Shown: one piece after another, positions 12,520 through 25,654 of the stretch
Layout of the letters: each line of letters starts with the position of its first letter
Position numbering within the stretch: position 1 is the stretch's first letter
Source: Gonapodya sp. JEL0774
Lineage: Eukaryota
NCBI GenBank assembly: GCA_027604505.1
Contig: JADIIX010000041.1
Coordinates: 124,001-165,818 of the forward strand
DNA length: 41,818 nucleotides
Direction: 5' to 3'
The notes under the pieces: generated by a model
The model's input: only the letters and a program-made list of their open reading frames with translations
Databases searched by the model: none
What the model was told of the DNA's origin: nothing
Program-made: the position numbers and the translations under genes

Positions 12520-15500
12520 ATGTCTGGGCGCCAACAGGAGCTCGAGAAAAAGAGACAAAAGCTTGCGGAGCTGAAGCGACAGAGAGAGGACAGGAAACTC
12601 AATTTGGAGAGTTCAAAGAAGGAAGTCGTGAGTGGTGTGCCAGTTGATTTCATCAGGCTTCGCGCTCATTTTCCCTGCGGCACCTGATTCGACTTGATTC
12701 GGTACTGTTTTCCATGAATCGGTGCCGGTTCGACCCACCCTCTCCTCTCCTTGCTGGTGTCACGGAATACAAAACTTTGCATGAAAGGCACCTTCCCACC
12801 GTGCCCTCGCTTCCTCCTCTGCCTCCGCCGCTACCGCAGCCGCCACTGCTTCTGCTCCATCCTCCCTTTCCACAGCTCGCCACGATGTTGATGCACTTGT
12901 CGCTTCCTTGGTGGGAGACAGAGACACCACGTCCATCGTGTCTACGGCTGTACGATCAGCGACTCCGCAATCTGCACTTTCGGATCAGGATGATAGGACT
13001 TCGGACGTGGGGTCGTCTTCGGCGGCGGGGTCAGGAGTCAACCAAATACCTGGGAATGGCCCTAACCTGAATCTGCCCCACGCACCGTCAACCAGTGTGA
13101 CCCTGGCGCCGCCTACTGTTGTGTAAGTTATCGCTACGGAAACCTTGCGCAGAATGGTTTGTGGAATGTGAAGGGAGTGAAGGACGGTCAAGCATTTTAT
13201 TGGAGGGAGACTTCCATGGGAGGAAAAGTCTGGAAAACATTTGCAGAGTCCAGCGCACTGTCAGGAGCTGCGCTGTAAACGAATCAGGCACATAGAGGAA
13301 TTCGAATAGTGTTGGTATGCCAGATACAGGTGTTTGCGGTTTTGACGCATCAGAATCCGACAATCGATACACCATCCCCAAATCCAAATGCAGTACTTCG
13401 CTGTCCATCCCTCCGTTCACGCATATTGAAACTATCTGTTACTACATCTTCTTTCTAGTGAACGTCCCCCACCAACCCTCGCCGTCGTTGATTTCTTAAT
13501 ATGGGACTTACCGCCTCGAGTGAGTAGTTCTATCTCATTCACACGTGCTGGCATGTTATTCTTCATTTCTTGTTCCTATTACTCCCTTCGTCGTTCTGAA
13601 ACCGTTCATGTGCATCCATCAAACACCCCTACCCACCGCCTCTTCCCACCGAAGGAACGCGTCACGTACAGCAAAGAAGTACAAACAATCCCTCTCGCCA
13701 TTGACATCACCAATCCTCGCTCTCGCACTGCCGCAGCTGCTGGCCCTACATCACCCACGTCTGATTCAGGGTCTTCCGCGTCGGATTACGCCGACGCAGA
13801 AGGTGGTGCAGAGGCTGAAGGAAGCTTCGGACAGTTCCCTCGCATCGATCGGAATCGGAAGTCGCTCAAATCTACTAGCATAGGTACCGAGGTTGTCGCC
13901 CCGTCGCCCGCCACAACGACCGTCACACCGGTTCTGCCGACCCCCTTGGAGCCACCACCGCCAGCTCCCCCGCTTGAGCTCAGCGAGGCGGACCGAAAGG
14001 TTTTGGAGGCTTCAGAACCGTTCGTGGAATTTGTGGAGAGGGCAGGGAGGTTGGTTGAGTTGGCTATGGCGAGGCCGGATGGAGGTTTGAGGGATTACAT
14101 GGCCCTAGGCGGTGATGGTGGGTGAGTTCCTGATAGAAAGGTGGCAAGGGGAGGGCCCACTTTAAGTTCGCTCAGGGATGATGTAATCATGGAATCCCTC
14201 TTTTGGACCCTGGGTGTGGGGTGCTCGGTAGGGATGTCGACGCAACCAAAACTGCTCAACTTGCCGCGGAGTTTTACTCGGATAGAGTACGCAATAGGTC
14301 AGTTGTCGGAATCGATTGGTCGTATAAGGTGCGTGGTGAAAGTTTCGGAAGTCCTCTCCGTTCACGATGATGCACGGAACACTAAATTTCCTCTTCACCC
14401 ACATCACATCACTCATCACCATCTGTGTCACCCTAGTTCCCCGAATTGGTACTTACTGGGTATAGTAAACCCCGACCGCTTACCTCCTCTTCAGATCAAG
14501 ATGGTTATGCATGCGTGTGGAACATGCACGTACCTACTAGACCTGAGTTTGCTTTTGGTTGTCAGGTGAATGTTTTAAGATGAATTGTTGTCGGTGTTCA
14601 AAATCCCTGGACCCGCACCTAACTCGATTTTACCTTTAAAGTCCGACATTACCTCTACTATATTTTCCCCCCATCACCCAAATCTCATTGTTGGTGGAAC
14701 ATACTCTGGGCAAATTGTCCTCTGGGACACTCGCGCCAAATCGCTTCCTGTCCTCAAAACGCCTCTTTCAGGAGCGGGACACACGCATCCAGTGTACGCG
14801 TTGGCGATGGTTGGGACCACAAATGCCCATGCTTTGGTTAGTGCTAGTACAGATGGAACTGTGTGTGGTTGGCAGTTTGATATGCTAGCAATGCCGACGG
14901 TGAGTGGCTGATGCTAAGAGGCAGGATTTGTGGCAGAGATGCCGCGTATTCGTCACTCTCAGTCGAGAATCGGCATCTGCTAACCCGTAACATGTTCAAC
15001 CTATCAACCAGGAAACCGTTGAGCTCAGCGTCCCGGCCCACCCTACCCAACCTAAAACAGACGAAGTCGCCATAACCAGCATGTCTTTCCCAGACTCGGA
15101 GACAACCTCATTCCTGGTCGGCACTGAAGAGGGCGTCGTTTATCACGCTAACCGATTCGACCGGGCCGGTGCCAAAGCCGGTATCAATCCTTACGATGTG
15201 TACGGGAGGGGAGAGAGGGAGAAGGAAAGAGCAACGGGCAAGATGGGTCACGCTGGACCTATTACGGGGCTGCACTTTCATCCGGTGAATGGGCCAGGTG
15301 GAGGAACATGGGGGGATTTGTTCTTGACTAGCTCAGTTGATTGGACGGTGCAGTTGTGGAGAGCTAAAGTAGGTGAACGGCGAACATGCTTGGGGAGTTC
15401 CCGTGTATCCGTTCGTCTTTGAATTTCGTGCATTTTGTTTCCCAGTCGATCTCCCGACCCTCCACACAATTTACCACCCACTCTCCTATTGCGTTGTTTT

Positions 15501-15910
15501 CCGATGCATCTGACTACGTCTGTGATGTCCGCTGGTCCCCTCTTCACCCTGCTGTCTTTGCGACTGTGGATGGATCTGGTCGGATGGATCTGTACAATCT
15601 GAATGCGGAAATTGAGGTGCCAGTGGTGAGCGCTGAGGTTGGTGAGGGACGGGCGCTCAATAAGGTCGAATGGAGCAGGGACGGGAAGAGCGTGGCAGTA
15701 GGGGGCGCCGATGGGAGGTTAAGCGTGTTTGAGGTGGGGCAGGTGAGTTTTGAATGAGTGGTGAAGTTAGATCTTTGAGCTTCCCGGGAATCTTCTCTCT
15801 TCATAATTTATTCTATTCTTGATTGTCAGGTGGGTCTCCCCGAAAGTGATGAGTGGACACGATTCCAGCGGACACTAGCTCAACTGGAGAGAGCGGCATT
15901 ACAGTCATGA
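12520..15910 (+). CDS. DYNC1I: Cytoplasmic dynein 1 intermediate chain (WD40), multi-exon
   Basis: N-terminal coiled coil MSGRQQELEKKRQKLAELKRQREDRK. Light-chain binding segment DLPPR|ERVTYSKEVQT. WD40 motifs FPELVLTGY, FSPHHPNLIVGGTYSGQIVLWDTR, GHTHPVY, FLVGTEEG, DLFLTSSVDWTVQLW and DYVCDVRWSPLHPAVFATVDGSG. Stop TGA 15908-15910. Confidence 0.95.
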
Positions 15911-16365
15911 CTTGGTTTTGTAGGTCGCCATGCTCAAGAATATTCAATTGTATGATGTATACCATTCACTATCCTCAGATGGAACAAGGTTGATCATAAA
16001 TGTTATGAGAATGTGAGGCATCCAACAGATGAAGTGAGGGGGGAAGGAGACAAAGTATTGATCCAACCAAACCTGAGAATGTTATAACCATTGCCTAAGT
16101 CAATCCCGAATTCTTTTAGATTGGCCCGGGAAATCTTCCAGCGTTGCAAAACGTGAAACCGACAGATCGAGGTTACACGTGATTTACACTGGTTCGCTGG
16201 TACCATTTGCGATGGAGACCAGAAGAACTGTCAACAGCCGTGCCACGAGTTTCCCAACAACAGACACTGAATGAAGACAAGGGGGCGCAACTGTAGTGAT
16301 ATCGATGAGAGGGAACAAAAAAAAAGTGTAATATGTACAGTGACTGATAGTCGGCATCCTGGTGT

Positions 16366-19300
16366 CTACGAATCTGTTTCTTCGTTAGAAGTCGTGTCCA
16401 ATCGACGAGCCGCAGTGGGGTCGAGGGTATGTAGTGCTACAAATTGCCGGCCTAACGGAAGGAACACAAACCGAATCACGCACAGTCACAAACCAGAAAG
16501 AGCAGTCATCATACTCGAGACATAAACACACCTAAGCCTGCATCCAACGCCCGTCGAACGACGTCGTTCCGCGTTGAACTTCCATCTGGAAGAGAGCCTC
16601 GTAACGCTTGGTCGATTGAATCTCCCAATAAGGAAGCAAAGAGATCCTCAGTCCAAATCCCCGGCACCGGCGCCACAGGGACCATGGACTCAGTTTCCGC
16701 ACTTGACTCGTCCGCAATGGATACTGGCGTAGCAGTGGCCGCCACCCGCTCGGCGGAAAGAGCTGTTCTGGTAGCATGATCTGCTCCCAGGTTGTCCGGA
16801 GCTGCTCCAAACATAACAGCCACGGCCTCTCCAACGAAAACATCTTCTGTACTCTGCTGGGCAACAACTCGGCGGAAGTATTCAAACAACTTTCGTGCAG
16901 GGGTATCAACTAGGGCGGCCGATACCGAGTACGCTCGCACTTTGTTTCCTTCGCACGCAGAGAGTATCTTCGCTCGGACGGTTGAAACAAGATCCTATCG
17001 CATGTAAACGCAATCGATGAGCCACCCTACTAATCCGGAGTCTCTTCCAGCCGAAAAACTCACCTTACACCACAACACAATGTCTCGGGCAAATGCCGGA
17101 GCGAACTCGCCCGCCCCACCGGGACGCACAGCGAGAATCATGAACAACAGCCGCCGTATGAAATCCCTGGTCACCTCACCCAAGGTGAAGATCAAATTTT
17201 CGGGAGCTTCCACCAATGCTAACATTTCGTTCGCTTCCATCCAGACCAAGACTTCTCGAGATATATTCTCCGCGACACTGTCGACATTCCTTTCCGTAAC
17301 ATCAGTGCCATTGAGACAATCCCTTCGAACCCAAGCAACAAGTACGGGGAGCAAATCTTTGAACGGCGACGCGTGGCCTTCGGATAAACGGCGAAGTTGT
17401 TTCAAAGTAACAACGGGTGCAAGAAGATTGAGGAGATGCACAAGCGAGTTCGGCTCCGAGACTGGAAGAGGCGGCAGAGCCTCACGTAGACTCAAAGAAG
17501 CGTTTTCGGCTCGACGTCGACCAAGGAGGTGGCACATTGACTAAGCACGCGGTAAAAAATGATTTCAGCGAAGCACCGTGATGAAAGCCACATAACGAAC
17601 TAACCCACCGCAAATACGGGACCTAATCTCCCCATATCCCAAGCCTGATTTTGCGTGCTACTTGATTGTGCACCAGCTCCTTGTCTTCGCGCCGATTGGG
17701 CCATCGATGTTGAACCAACATTTGCAGAAATACCTGCAGGAATTCCACTAGGGTCAGGCACGATTCCCGCTGGCATATCGGGGCCAGCAGTCCGGTGTTG
17801 AAGAGGCAGACCGGCAGGTCGTTGTTGGGGAGCCTGTGGTCCTGCACCTGGTGCACCACTGGAGCCAAACATGCCTTGCAGGCTTTGAAACAGAGGGCCC
17901 AGACCTTGAGCGACCCCTGTTGCAAAGCTTTGGGAACCAATGGCACCAGAGGTACTACCCTGTATGGATTGTGATCCGCCTGTCCGAGGGATAGAGTCGG
18001 TTGTCGATTGTGGTTGGGACGTCACAGAAGGTGGTAATTGCGCTCCAGAACCAGACGTGGATGTCATTCCCTGCATTCCCTGAAGTCCCTGGAGGAGTGG
18101 CGCCAGCCCTTGGGCGATGCCAGCGACCGCATCAGAGCCAGGGCCAACACCAAACGGAATGCCAAAAGGGTTTGCTGAGGGAGTCTGACCGGTTACTGGG
18201 CTTGCAACTGACACATCGACCTGTAGACCTTGAAGGAGAGGCGCAAAGCTCTGTGCGAGTCCGGCAATCAAGTTTGGCGGCGCGCTTTGAGCAAGGGGGA
18301 CATTCGCAGGAGCAGAGCCAGGGCCGCTCTGTTGCTGTGAGGGAGCGTCGGTTGTCTGAGGGAGTGGAGATTCAGAGGCCGCGGTTTCCGCGGGATGAAG
18401 TTCCCCGTTGATAGCGTTCAAATGGCTCAATGTGTGAGCCTCGAGAAGTGACTGCCACGGGACTGCAGCGGAATGATCCACAACGACACCACTTCGAAGG
18501 GGAGGTACGGTCCCCATCCCCGCACTTTGCTCTGGTATCCCGGCTTGAGCATTTGATGAAGCCGTCACCGTCGCTCCCAAACCAGCCTGACCAGTCTGCT
18601 CTTCCACCGCTGCTGCTTCGTCCCTGATTGCGTTCTGCACCAGTTGTCGCACCTGCCGTTGTTGAGCCTCGCTCGCCCCGGGTCCCACCACCGACGTTCC
18701 CACAGGAGGTTCCCCAGCCAACAAGACTTGTGATACAGCCGGGAACAGCAAATTGTGAGCCAGGGCGAGTCGGTACAACAGGTTCACCGCAACGGTGTTT
18801 GCTCGGCGCTGGAGGTGTACGGCGGACGTGGGAAGTACCCCACACTTTGATAAGAAAACAGGATCATTCCCGCACACAATGATCCGCCCCGTCCCGTTTC
18901 CTCACCTCATTCCCACTCGCCGCCGCCGACGCAGCTCTCCCCGCCCCAGCTATGGCCCGTCCGGCTTCTTCCGTGACACGGCCGAGATCCTCCATGACCC
19001 GGGCCACGCGAGCCACGTCGGTGGTCCCCAGGGCACGCACGAGGCGACGAGTCGAGTCGAGTACGTGCAGGGCAGGTTCGAGGTGGAGATGTGCCGGGGC
19101 TGGAAACGAGCGGAGTGGGGCGAGGCTCAGGGTTCGAGAAACAACGTGGTGGGACCCCACCCAGGAGGTGGGGGCGGGGGAAAGGGGAGGGTTCAACAAC
19201 ACTCACTGATTTCCAGTTCCGAGTCCAGTTCCAAAAACCTCCTGGCGTTGTGGGCATGTACCCAAACTCTGGTGAGTCGGAGATCCAAGTCGTGGGCGGA

Positions 19301-20396
19301 GGAGGTGACCGTGGGACCGGGAAAGGCGGACACCACGCTCGCGCCGGCGGCGGAGGAAGCCATGAAGCCAGGTGGGAAGCCTACGAGGACCGTTTCGACA
19401 CATGGGTGTGGGGGGGGGGGGGGTAGGGGAGGGGGGTGTTCGTTCATTTGCTTCCATGCCTCGAGCGAAACGTGGTGCGACCCACCTTGCAGAGCCGCGG
19501 GGTGTCCGCCCGGTGTGGCAGCGGAGCTCACCGGCTGGTTCCCCTGGACGGCGTGATTCAACCCTCCGATGATGCCCTGGACCAGCTGGTGGAGAAGCGC
19601 GGCCAGCAAGACGCGCCGCGCAGCGTGCGGGTAGTGACAAAGGTCGAAACGGATTAAAACAAACACACAAAGAGCCACCAAAAACCACAACCCCCCTCCT
19701 TCCGCGCTCCGCCACCACCGAGTTTCAACCTACATGTCCCACATCCCCCCCAGCCACGCCGCCCACCTGACCCGCCGCGATCTGGACCACCCTGTACCCG
19801 TGCCCGCCGGGCAAGACCCCCTCAGTGACCGACACGGCCGGGAGTCCCTGTGGCAGCCCGTTTCCGTTTCCGTTTCCCGTCCCCGCAGTGCCAGTGCCCG
19901 GCCGGTGCAGGGGTGCCGCGGGACTCGCGGGACTGGCGTTCCCGTTCCGGCCGGGTGAGTCACGGTCGCGGACACCGACTCCGGGAAGTCTGCGCACACA
20001 ATGGACCGCCGACCCCGACGTTATCCCAAACGAGATCAGCGTCGGGTCCGCGTCCGCTTCCGAGTCCCTCTCATGGTCCCCGCCCTCGGCCTGTCCCGCC
20101 CGGGCCTCCACCACCCTCCCTCTAAAAATCAACCTCTGCGCGTCCCCCGAGATCCCCAGCGGCGACCGTTCGATGGCGGCTCGGAGATCCGATAGGCGGG
20201 GTGATTCGCCGAGGAGGTGGATGGGTTGGTCGGGCTGGTCCAGGGTGCGGATGAGAAGGGTGAAAGGGGGGACAGGGGAGGGCGATGGGGCGGGCGAGGG
20301 TTGCGCACGATCGGGACTCGTTTCCGTATCAGATGCGGGCGGGTCGATCGATGGTGCGGGAGCGGCGACCGCGTGGTCGTCGTGGTCGTCGGGCAT
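16366..20396 (-). CDS. Large protein with N-terminal ubiquitin-like domain and long low-complexity middle, BAG6/Scythe-like
   Basis: First exon has a UBL domain (FTLLIRTLDQ...LSDLRAAIE...ISGDAQRLIFRGRVV...TLISFGITSGSAVHCVRR). It is followed by Pro/Gly/Gln-rich exons and a helical region (16995-17537). The inferred last exon is GRQFVALHTLDPTAARRLDTTSNEETDS* (TAG 16366-16368). The UBL call is solid; BAG6 orthology is inferred from architecture, and no canonical BAGS C-terminal motif was recognised. Confidence 0.6.
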
Positions 20397-20699
20397 GTTT
20401 TTCAGTTGTGGTCGTTCCTGTCATTTCGAAGAGGGTGGAACAAGAATTGGCACAGGAAACACAAACGTCTTCTCATTAATTTCAATTCCACTTTCCATTC
20501 CCATTCCCCATTCTTGACCTTATTTGATTAAGGAACTAAAAATGATCTTGCATACATCTTTGTTCCCCGAAAATGCCCTGCCGCCTGGCGCCTACAAAAC
20601 CCCCGTCATTCGTTTCAGCGTCGTCGCGGAGACCTTCACCACCCTAATTTCACTCGCTTGTCGAAATGCGCCCATCTCACCACATCACCCGTCTGGTCC

Positions 20700-22712
20700 A
20701 CTGCACGAGCCGCGTCGGTTTCATCTTTTAAGTTTAAGGTTACGGTGCTTCCACCGAGTGAGAGAAGGCGGGGACATCACATTCAAGGCATACGATGGAG
20801 AGCTGGGTGTGATGAGATTAGGAATATTATACGGAGCTTCAAACATCTGATTCCCAGCAACTGCAGTCCTCTCACCGTGGTAACTTACTTCTCCAACCAC
20901 ATTCCAATTTATACGCAAATCTCTCCATCTGCCCCGCCGACCTCGGAAATCCGTCCAACACGAGGATTGCTCCGTTGAGGTCTCCCTCAAATATGTCGCC
21001 CGTCAAATCAGTGGATCGGATCATTCCAGTAGTACAGAGTACACCTGATTGGTGCGCCGGTTCCCATTCCAACTTCTGATCCTGGATGATCAAAAAGCAT
21101 CATCTCGCTCATAACTAGATTCAACGTAGCGTCGTTCTCATCTTCCACTTGACCTGTTCCCACGATACTTTCAACAATTGTCCCGTTTCATTGACGGCAT
21201 AGATGTCTTCTCATAAACTCCGTTAACATGCCACCGACAGAGATCATCCTCACTCTACCATTTCCTTGCGCTACCAGATTTCTCCTAAGTGTGCCCTTGC
21301 CGGCTCCTCGGTTGCCCAATCAAGGCTATGATCCTCTGGACCTTTCTTGCGTTCGCGACGCCGCGGAGCTTCATCCCAGTATTGTTGATCTTGGCGACGT
21401 GTGCGACTTGCAATCCGAGCGCTTCCAGGCTCAAGCTCCTGGCGAAATCTTGCCTGAGTCTAGGAGTGTGCTCCACCAGCACCGCGACTGACGGCGCAAC
21501 AGAGCTCACCCCCAAAACACGCTCTGTACGTTTCCCTCCCATGAAGCGCAACCATCAACTTGGCGAGCCCAGTTCCGCTCCATCTATCAAGCTCTCCCTT
21601 CTTGGGGACAATTTCTGGAGCACGTGTCCGAGTTGGCAGAGACTGAACGTGCCCGGTATGTCGATCAGGGGCATGAGTGAGAGGATCGAAAGACAGATTT
21701 TGAACGCTGGTAACTGAGGTGGAGTCTTGTTGGCCTGCTGCTTGGAGTGTTTGCTACGAGAAAGGGAACAGCGATGGTTTGAATGAACAAAATAATGAAC
21801 ATGCTCTCATCCGTCCCCACATGACACTTTTCTGGAACCTCCTTGGGCCCGATCAGCACCACAGCAATCTCTTGCTTTCTCTCAAACTACATCCTCCGCC
21901 GAGCCACTAGTGCCGCGTTGGGACCCAGAACATAGGAACATACCACAGGCAGCCCTTTCTGCACACGCCGTCATAGCCCCCATTCCAGTCTCATGTCCAA
22001 ACTCAACGAGATCACGAAGTGAAGACTCTTCCACGTAGTTCTAGGACACCAGGCGACGGATCTCATCAGCGAGGAGAAGGGACCCTACTAGTATGTTGAC
22101 GGGGTGCATGGACTTGAGAGCGGTGGAGCTTGTGGACCCGAGGTCGATGTGATCTGATATAGGTGGGGTGAATCCGTTCCAGACGTGGAAGGAAACTTGT
22201 GATCGGAGCTTCACCGCTGTACGGAAGAGGGTAATGGCGTGCGGAATGATCAGTGGACGGGAGGAGATGATTTTATCGCATGCTTGTGTAGAGGAGTCGG
22301 AGCAGATTTCAATGCGCACAACGAGAGTTGAGAAGAGGTCGAGTGCCATTCTGGAGGGATGAATCATTGGGTTGATATATTTTAGTGGCAGGAACACGTA
22401 TGTAACGCGGTGCCATTTAAGATTGAGGGAAGTGACGCACCTGATTCCACCACCGCCGGGTCCCTTGCTTGGAGTCATATCGTTCATATCAAATACAGTG
22501 AAGCCGATTCTGGCTGGAGTAGATGCTGCAACCACAGGATTTGTGATGAAGAGCGCGGGGTCAACTCGGTGCCTGAGCTCCCCGAAACCGATGGGAAGCC
22601 TGAATTTCGGACCAATATCTTCGAGAGAGAAGGGTATTTTGATACACCCCTGACTTCTGCGAGCTCGCTGTGTGGAACGAGTGGCTTTGTTTGTGCTTCG
22701 TGTATCGCGCAA
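20700..22712 (-). pseudogene. Decayed multi-exon gene with a C-terminal adenylate/NMP-kinase-like domain
   Basis: Minus strand 21332->21100 reads IIALIGQP[extra A]GAGKGTLRRNLVAQGNGRVRMISVGGMLTEFMRRHLCRQ*NGTIVESIVGTGQV, an AK P-loop and ISxGxML motif with a +1 frameshift near 21308 and TGA at 21188-21190. It continues with AILVLDGFPRSAGQMERF (about 20915-20970). Upstream exon-like segments with GT-AG boundaries also contain in-frame stops. Outer boundaries are approximate. Confidence 0.7.
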
Positions 22713-23521
22713 CTACAGAACCTTTGCCGGATCAGGTGTCCAAGACGTGTCCATTCAATGGGCGCATGACAGAGTGCACGATTTCAACATGTAATTTGAA
22801 TTTTCGTATCGTGATCAAGAAAGATAAGCGATATCGCTCTCTTCCCATGAATTTTCACTCTTGGAGCACACCAAACTTTGAAACTCTACTCCTGTAGTCC
22901 CCGCTGCAGCTCATTCGAAGTATTGACATGTGATGTAATTTTTGGATATTTTTTCGATGCATACTTTTGCACGCTTCACGGTAAATGCCGTTCGCAGTCG
23001 TTTTGCTGCGGACACAGCGAGTGGGCACAGCTGCGCCTGCGCCACACTTAGGGCTATAAAAGCAGTCGATTTTCGCGCATCTTGGCTTCTCAGTTCGTGC
23101 ACGTCCGAAACTCAACCAAAGGTTTCAACCATCCCTTCGGCTTATTGTAGTCTTTGTCCAAACTATTTTTTTTTCAATCACCGAGTTTCATCCATTGTGC
23201 ATCTTCTACTTCATCTCATCTGGATCCAAAAATCCTTGTGGTCCCTCCATCCCGTTATCCAAAACAATCAAGTTCCCCTGTTCCGTTGCTGACACCTCCT
23301 GAGTCCCTCAAAGCATTTAACTTTCTCATAAGCAACATCCTTCCTCATCTCATCTCGCTCCGCAACTGTTCAGAAGCCTTCCTCGCATAGTGAATCGTGA
23401 TAACTTCCACCCACTTTTGTCGTAAACGTAACTCCACGTGACTCCAAGTTCTTTGAAGCTCAAACCAACCGTCACACCAAAACTCGTTGCTGTCCTTGTC
23501 TTAAATTGCGAGAGAACAAGA

Positions 23522-25172
23522 ATGGATCCTGCAACAAACAGTGCGACTGTGCAGTACGTCAGTGCCACCACACTCCAAAACCTGCAGCCGCCCGACCATT
23601 TGCACGAGCAATTTCTCGCTGCCATATTGGATGCCACGCGCAATCAGGAGTTGATAGCTATCGATCATACCGCTGATCAGCTGGCAGCCCTCCATCTCGA
23701 CGTCCATAACCAGATTGTACGACGGCAAGTGACGGGGACCGCCAACAACAACAACAACAATGGGAACGTAGTGAACGAGCACCCAACCAATGATCCCGAA
23801 TCTGCACGCAGCCGGCACCTTGCGTCTCGTGCGGCAGCTGGACCCGTTCCTCGTACAGCAGTATTTTCAATTGCTCCAATTCGGCTGTCAACCAGGGCCA
23901 ACCTACCTTCCGTTCTCCTTCCCGACATGGAAGTTGAGCCAACAGAGGTCTACCTGTCAGAGGAGCAGCTTCAGGATTTGAGTACCCGCATCAATTCAAG
24001 GGAGGAGAAACTGATGGGAAGCACCCAGTCCACATTGGACGAGCGGTTCCATTGCGCTATATGCAGAAATGTGCCGCTCAAGTATTACATGCTTGCTGGT
24101 GAGTTGATTCTACTTCGTGCTTTTCTGAAGATCGATCCGAATACTAAAACTCCATTTTGAATCTCTCATACCCTCACACCCCCGTCACCCAACAGTGCCT
24201 GTCCCCGGCGCTCTTAAGCATTCCTACTGTGCCTCGTGTCTCTTCATTTTCTTCCGACAATCTTTGAAGCGCCGCATGTCTCGAAGGATGCGCCCCCTCA
24301 CGCCGGGGCATCTCTCCATCTTGTGCACGTCGCTGTGCCCGTTTACAAGGACTCAAGTCAGGCCGGAAAACGTTACAGAAGATTTGAGGAGAGACGAGGA
24401 AATTGATGGAGTGGTCGTGAGGTGTCGTTACCATGAGGCGTGTTCCTGGGTTGGTACCGCCTCGCAGTTCCGCACGCATATCAAAACCTGTGGATCGGCA
24501 GTATGTGACTTGCTTTCCTTGTGTCTGTCAAACAAACTTTACTGACAAAATACCAACCTTCATTCTACCTCCCACATTCATGGTCCTCTCCACCTCGCTT
24601 CCCTTCCTCAGAATGAATTAGAGCCGCAAACTCTCGACCCAGCCCATCCGTTATCATCAGCGTCCCTCCTAAACGCCCTTATCAAGTCGTGCAAGTTCTC
24701 CCCACCTGCAACTACACCAAACAATACCCCACCTGGCAGGGCTGTACCAAACCAAGTCGCCCAGGTGCCTCCACCAGGAGTTCAAGTTCCACCAGCCATG
24801 GCTGGTCCTGCTGTCCCTGTGCCAGGACCCATTCCCAGCCACCTCTTACCCGTCCTAGGCGCCATTCCTGGCCACCTCGTACCCTTCCTGGGGCCTTTTC
24901 CCGGGCACGTTGCGCACCCGTCTCCCTCTATCTTGAGACCTCCAACAAGGGCGGAGAGAAGAGCGATTCGCCGCCAGGCTTATGAGGCGTTTCGTGCTTC
25001 TGGATTGCCGAGACAAGCGAGGAGGAACGGGCCAGGTCAACCGACACTCGCAGCTGCTGCGGTCGCCGGACAGCCGGTGGCGGCTCCAAATCATGCAGCA
25101 TTGTTGGCTTTGAATGATGCGCGCAGGGCCATTAACGAGTTGTACGCATCGGGGCTTGTTGCGAGGGTGTGA
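23522..25172 (+). CDS. RING-like plus TRAF-type zinc-finger protein (putative E3 ligase), 3 exons
   Basis: Exon 1 ends DERFHCAICRNVPLKYYMLA (GTGAGT donor). Exon 2 is VPVPGALKHSYCASCL...CPFTR...EIDGVVVRCRYHEACSWVGTASQFRTHIKTC, a TRAF-type CxxxxxCxWxG...HxxxC finger. Exon 3 from about 24611 is a Pro-rich tail ending GLVARV*. Confidence 0.75.
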
Positions 25173-25654
25173 GCGGACAAGCTGGAAACTAGAAGTGTGT
25201 GTGCGAAATGAACAAGGAGACAAGTGAGAGGAACGTGAGAGTTGCCAGACTGAGAGAAGGCCAGACTATTGCTGTACCCCAGAAATCTTCTATCTTTCCT
25301 GAGAGTGAACGTTTGTTGTTGACGATTGTGATCTTTGCTGAGAGGTGGACGTTCGTTGTTGTTGTGGACGATTGTGAAGTTGATGTTTGGATGTGTTTGC
25401 TGTCTCTAGATTACCAGATGTGCTTACGGCCGTAGTTTTATCAGAGCAGAAGTTACATAGACTTATCAGTTTTATGATGTAACCCCAAATACATGATCTT
25501 TTCAAACCAAATCTTTTCAAACGGTGCGCCAGTGCCAGTGCCAGTGCCAGTGCAATGAACTTGTATTCCCCCCTCCCCCTTGACCCCATACCCCCCCCCC
25601 CCCACGAACAAATCACAAACCCCCAACCCCGAAACACCAACATTGTAAACTTAC

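Noticed and set aside
21188..21980. In-frame TGA codons in exon-like sequence as possible selenocysteine (some early-diverging fungi use Sec)
   Set aside because: They co-occur with frameshifts, are not in redox (CxxU-type) contexts, and no SECIS was recognised. Pseudogenisation is the simpler explanation.
25527..25554. (GCCAGT)n microsatellite
   Set aside because: Ordinary short simple repeat with no evident function.
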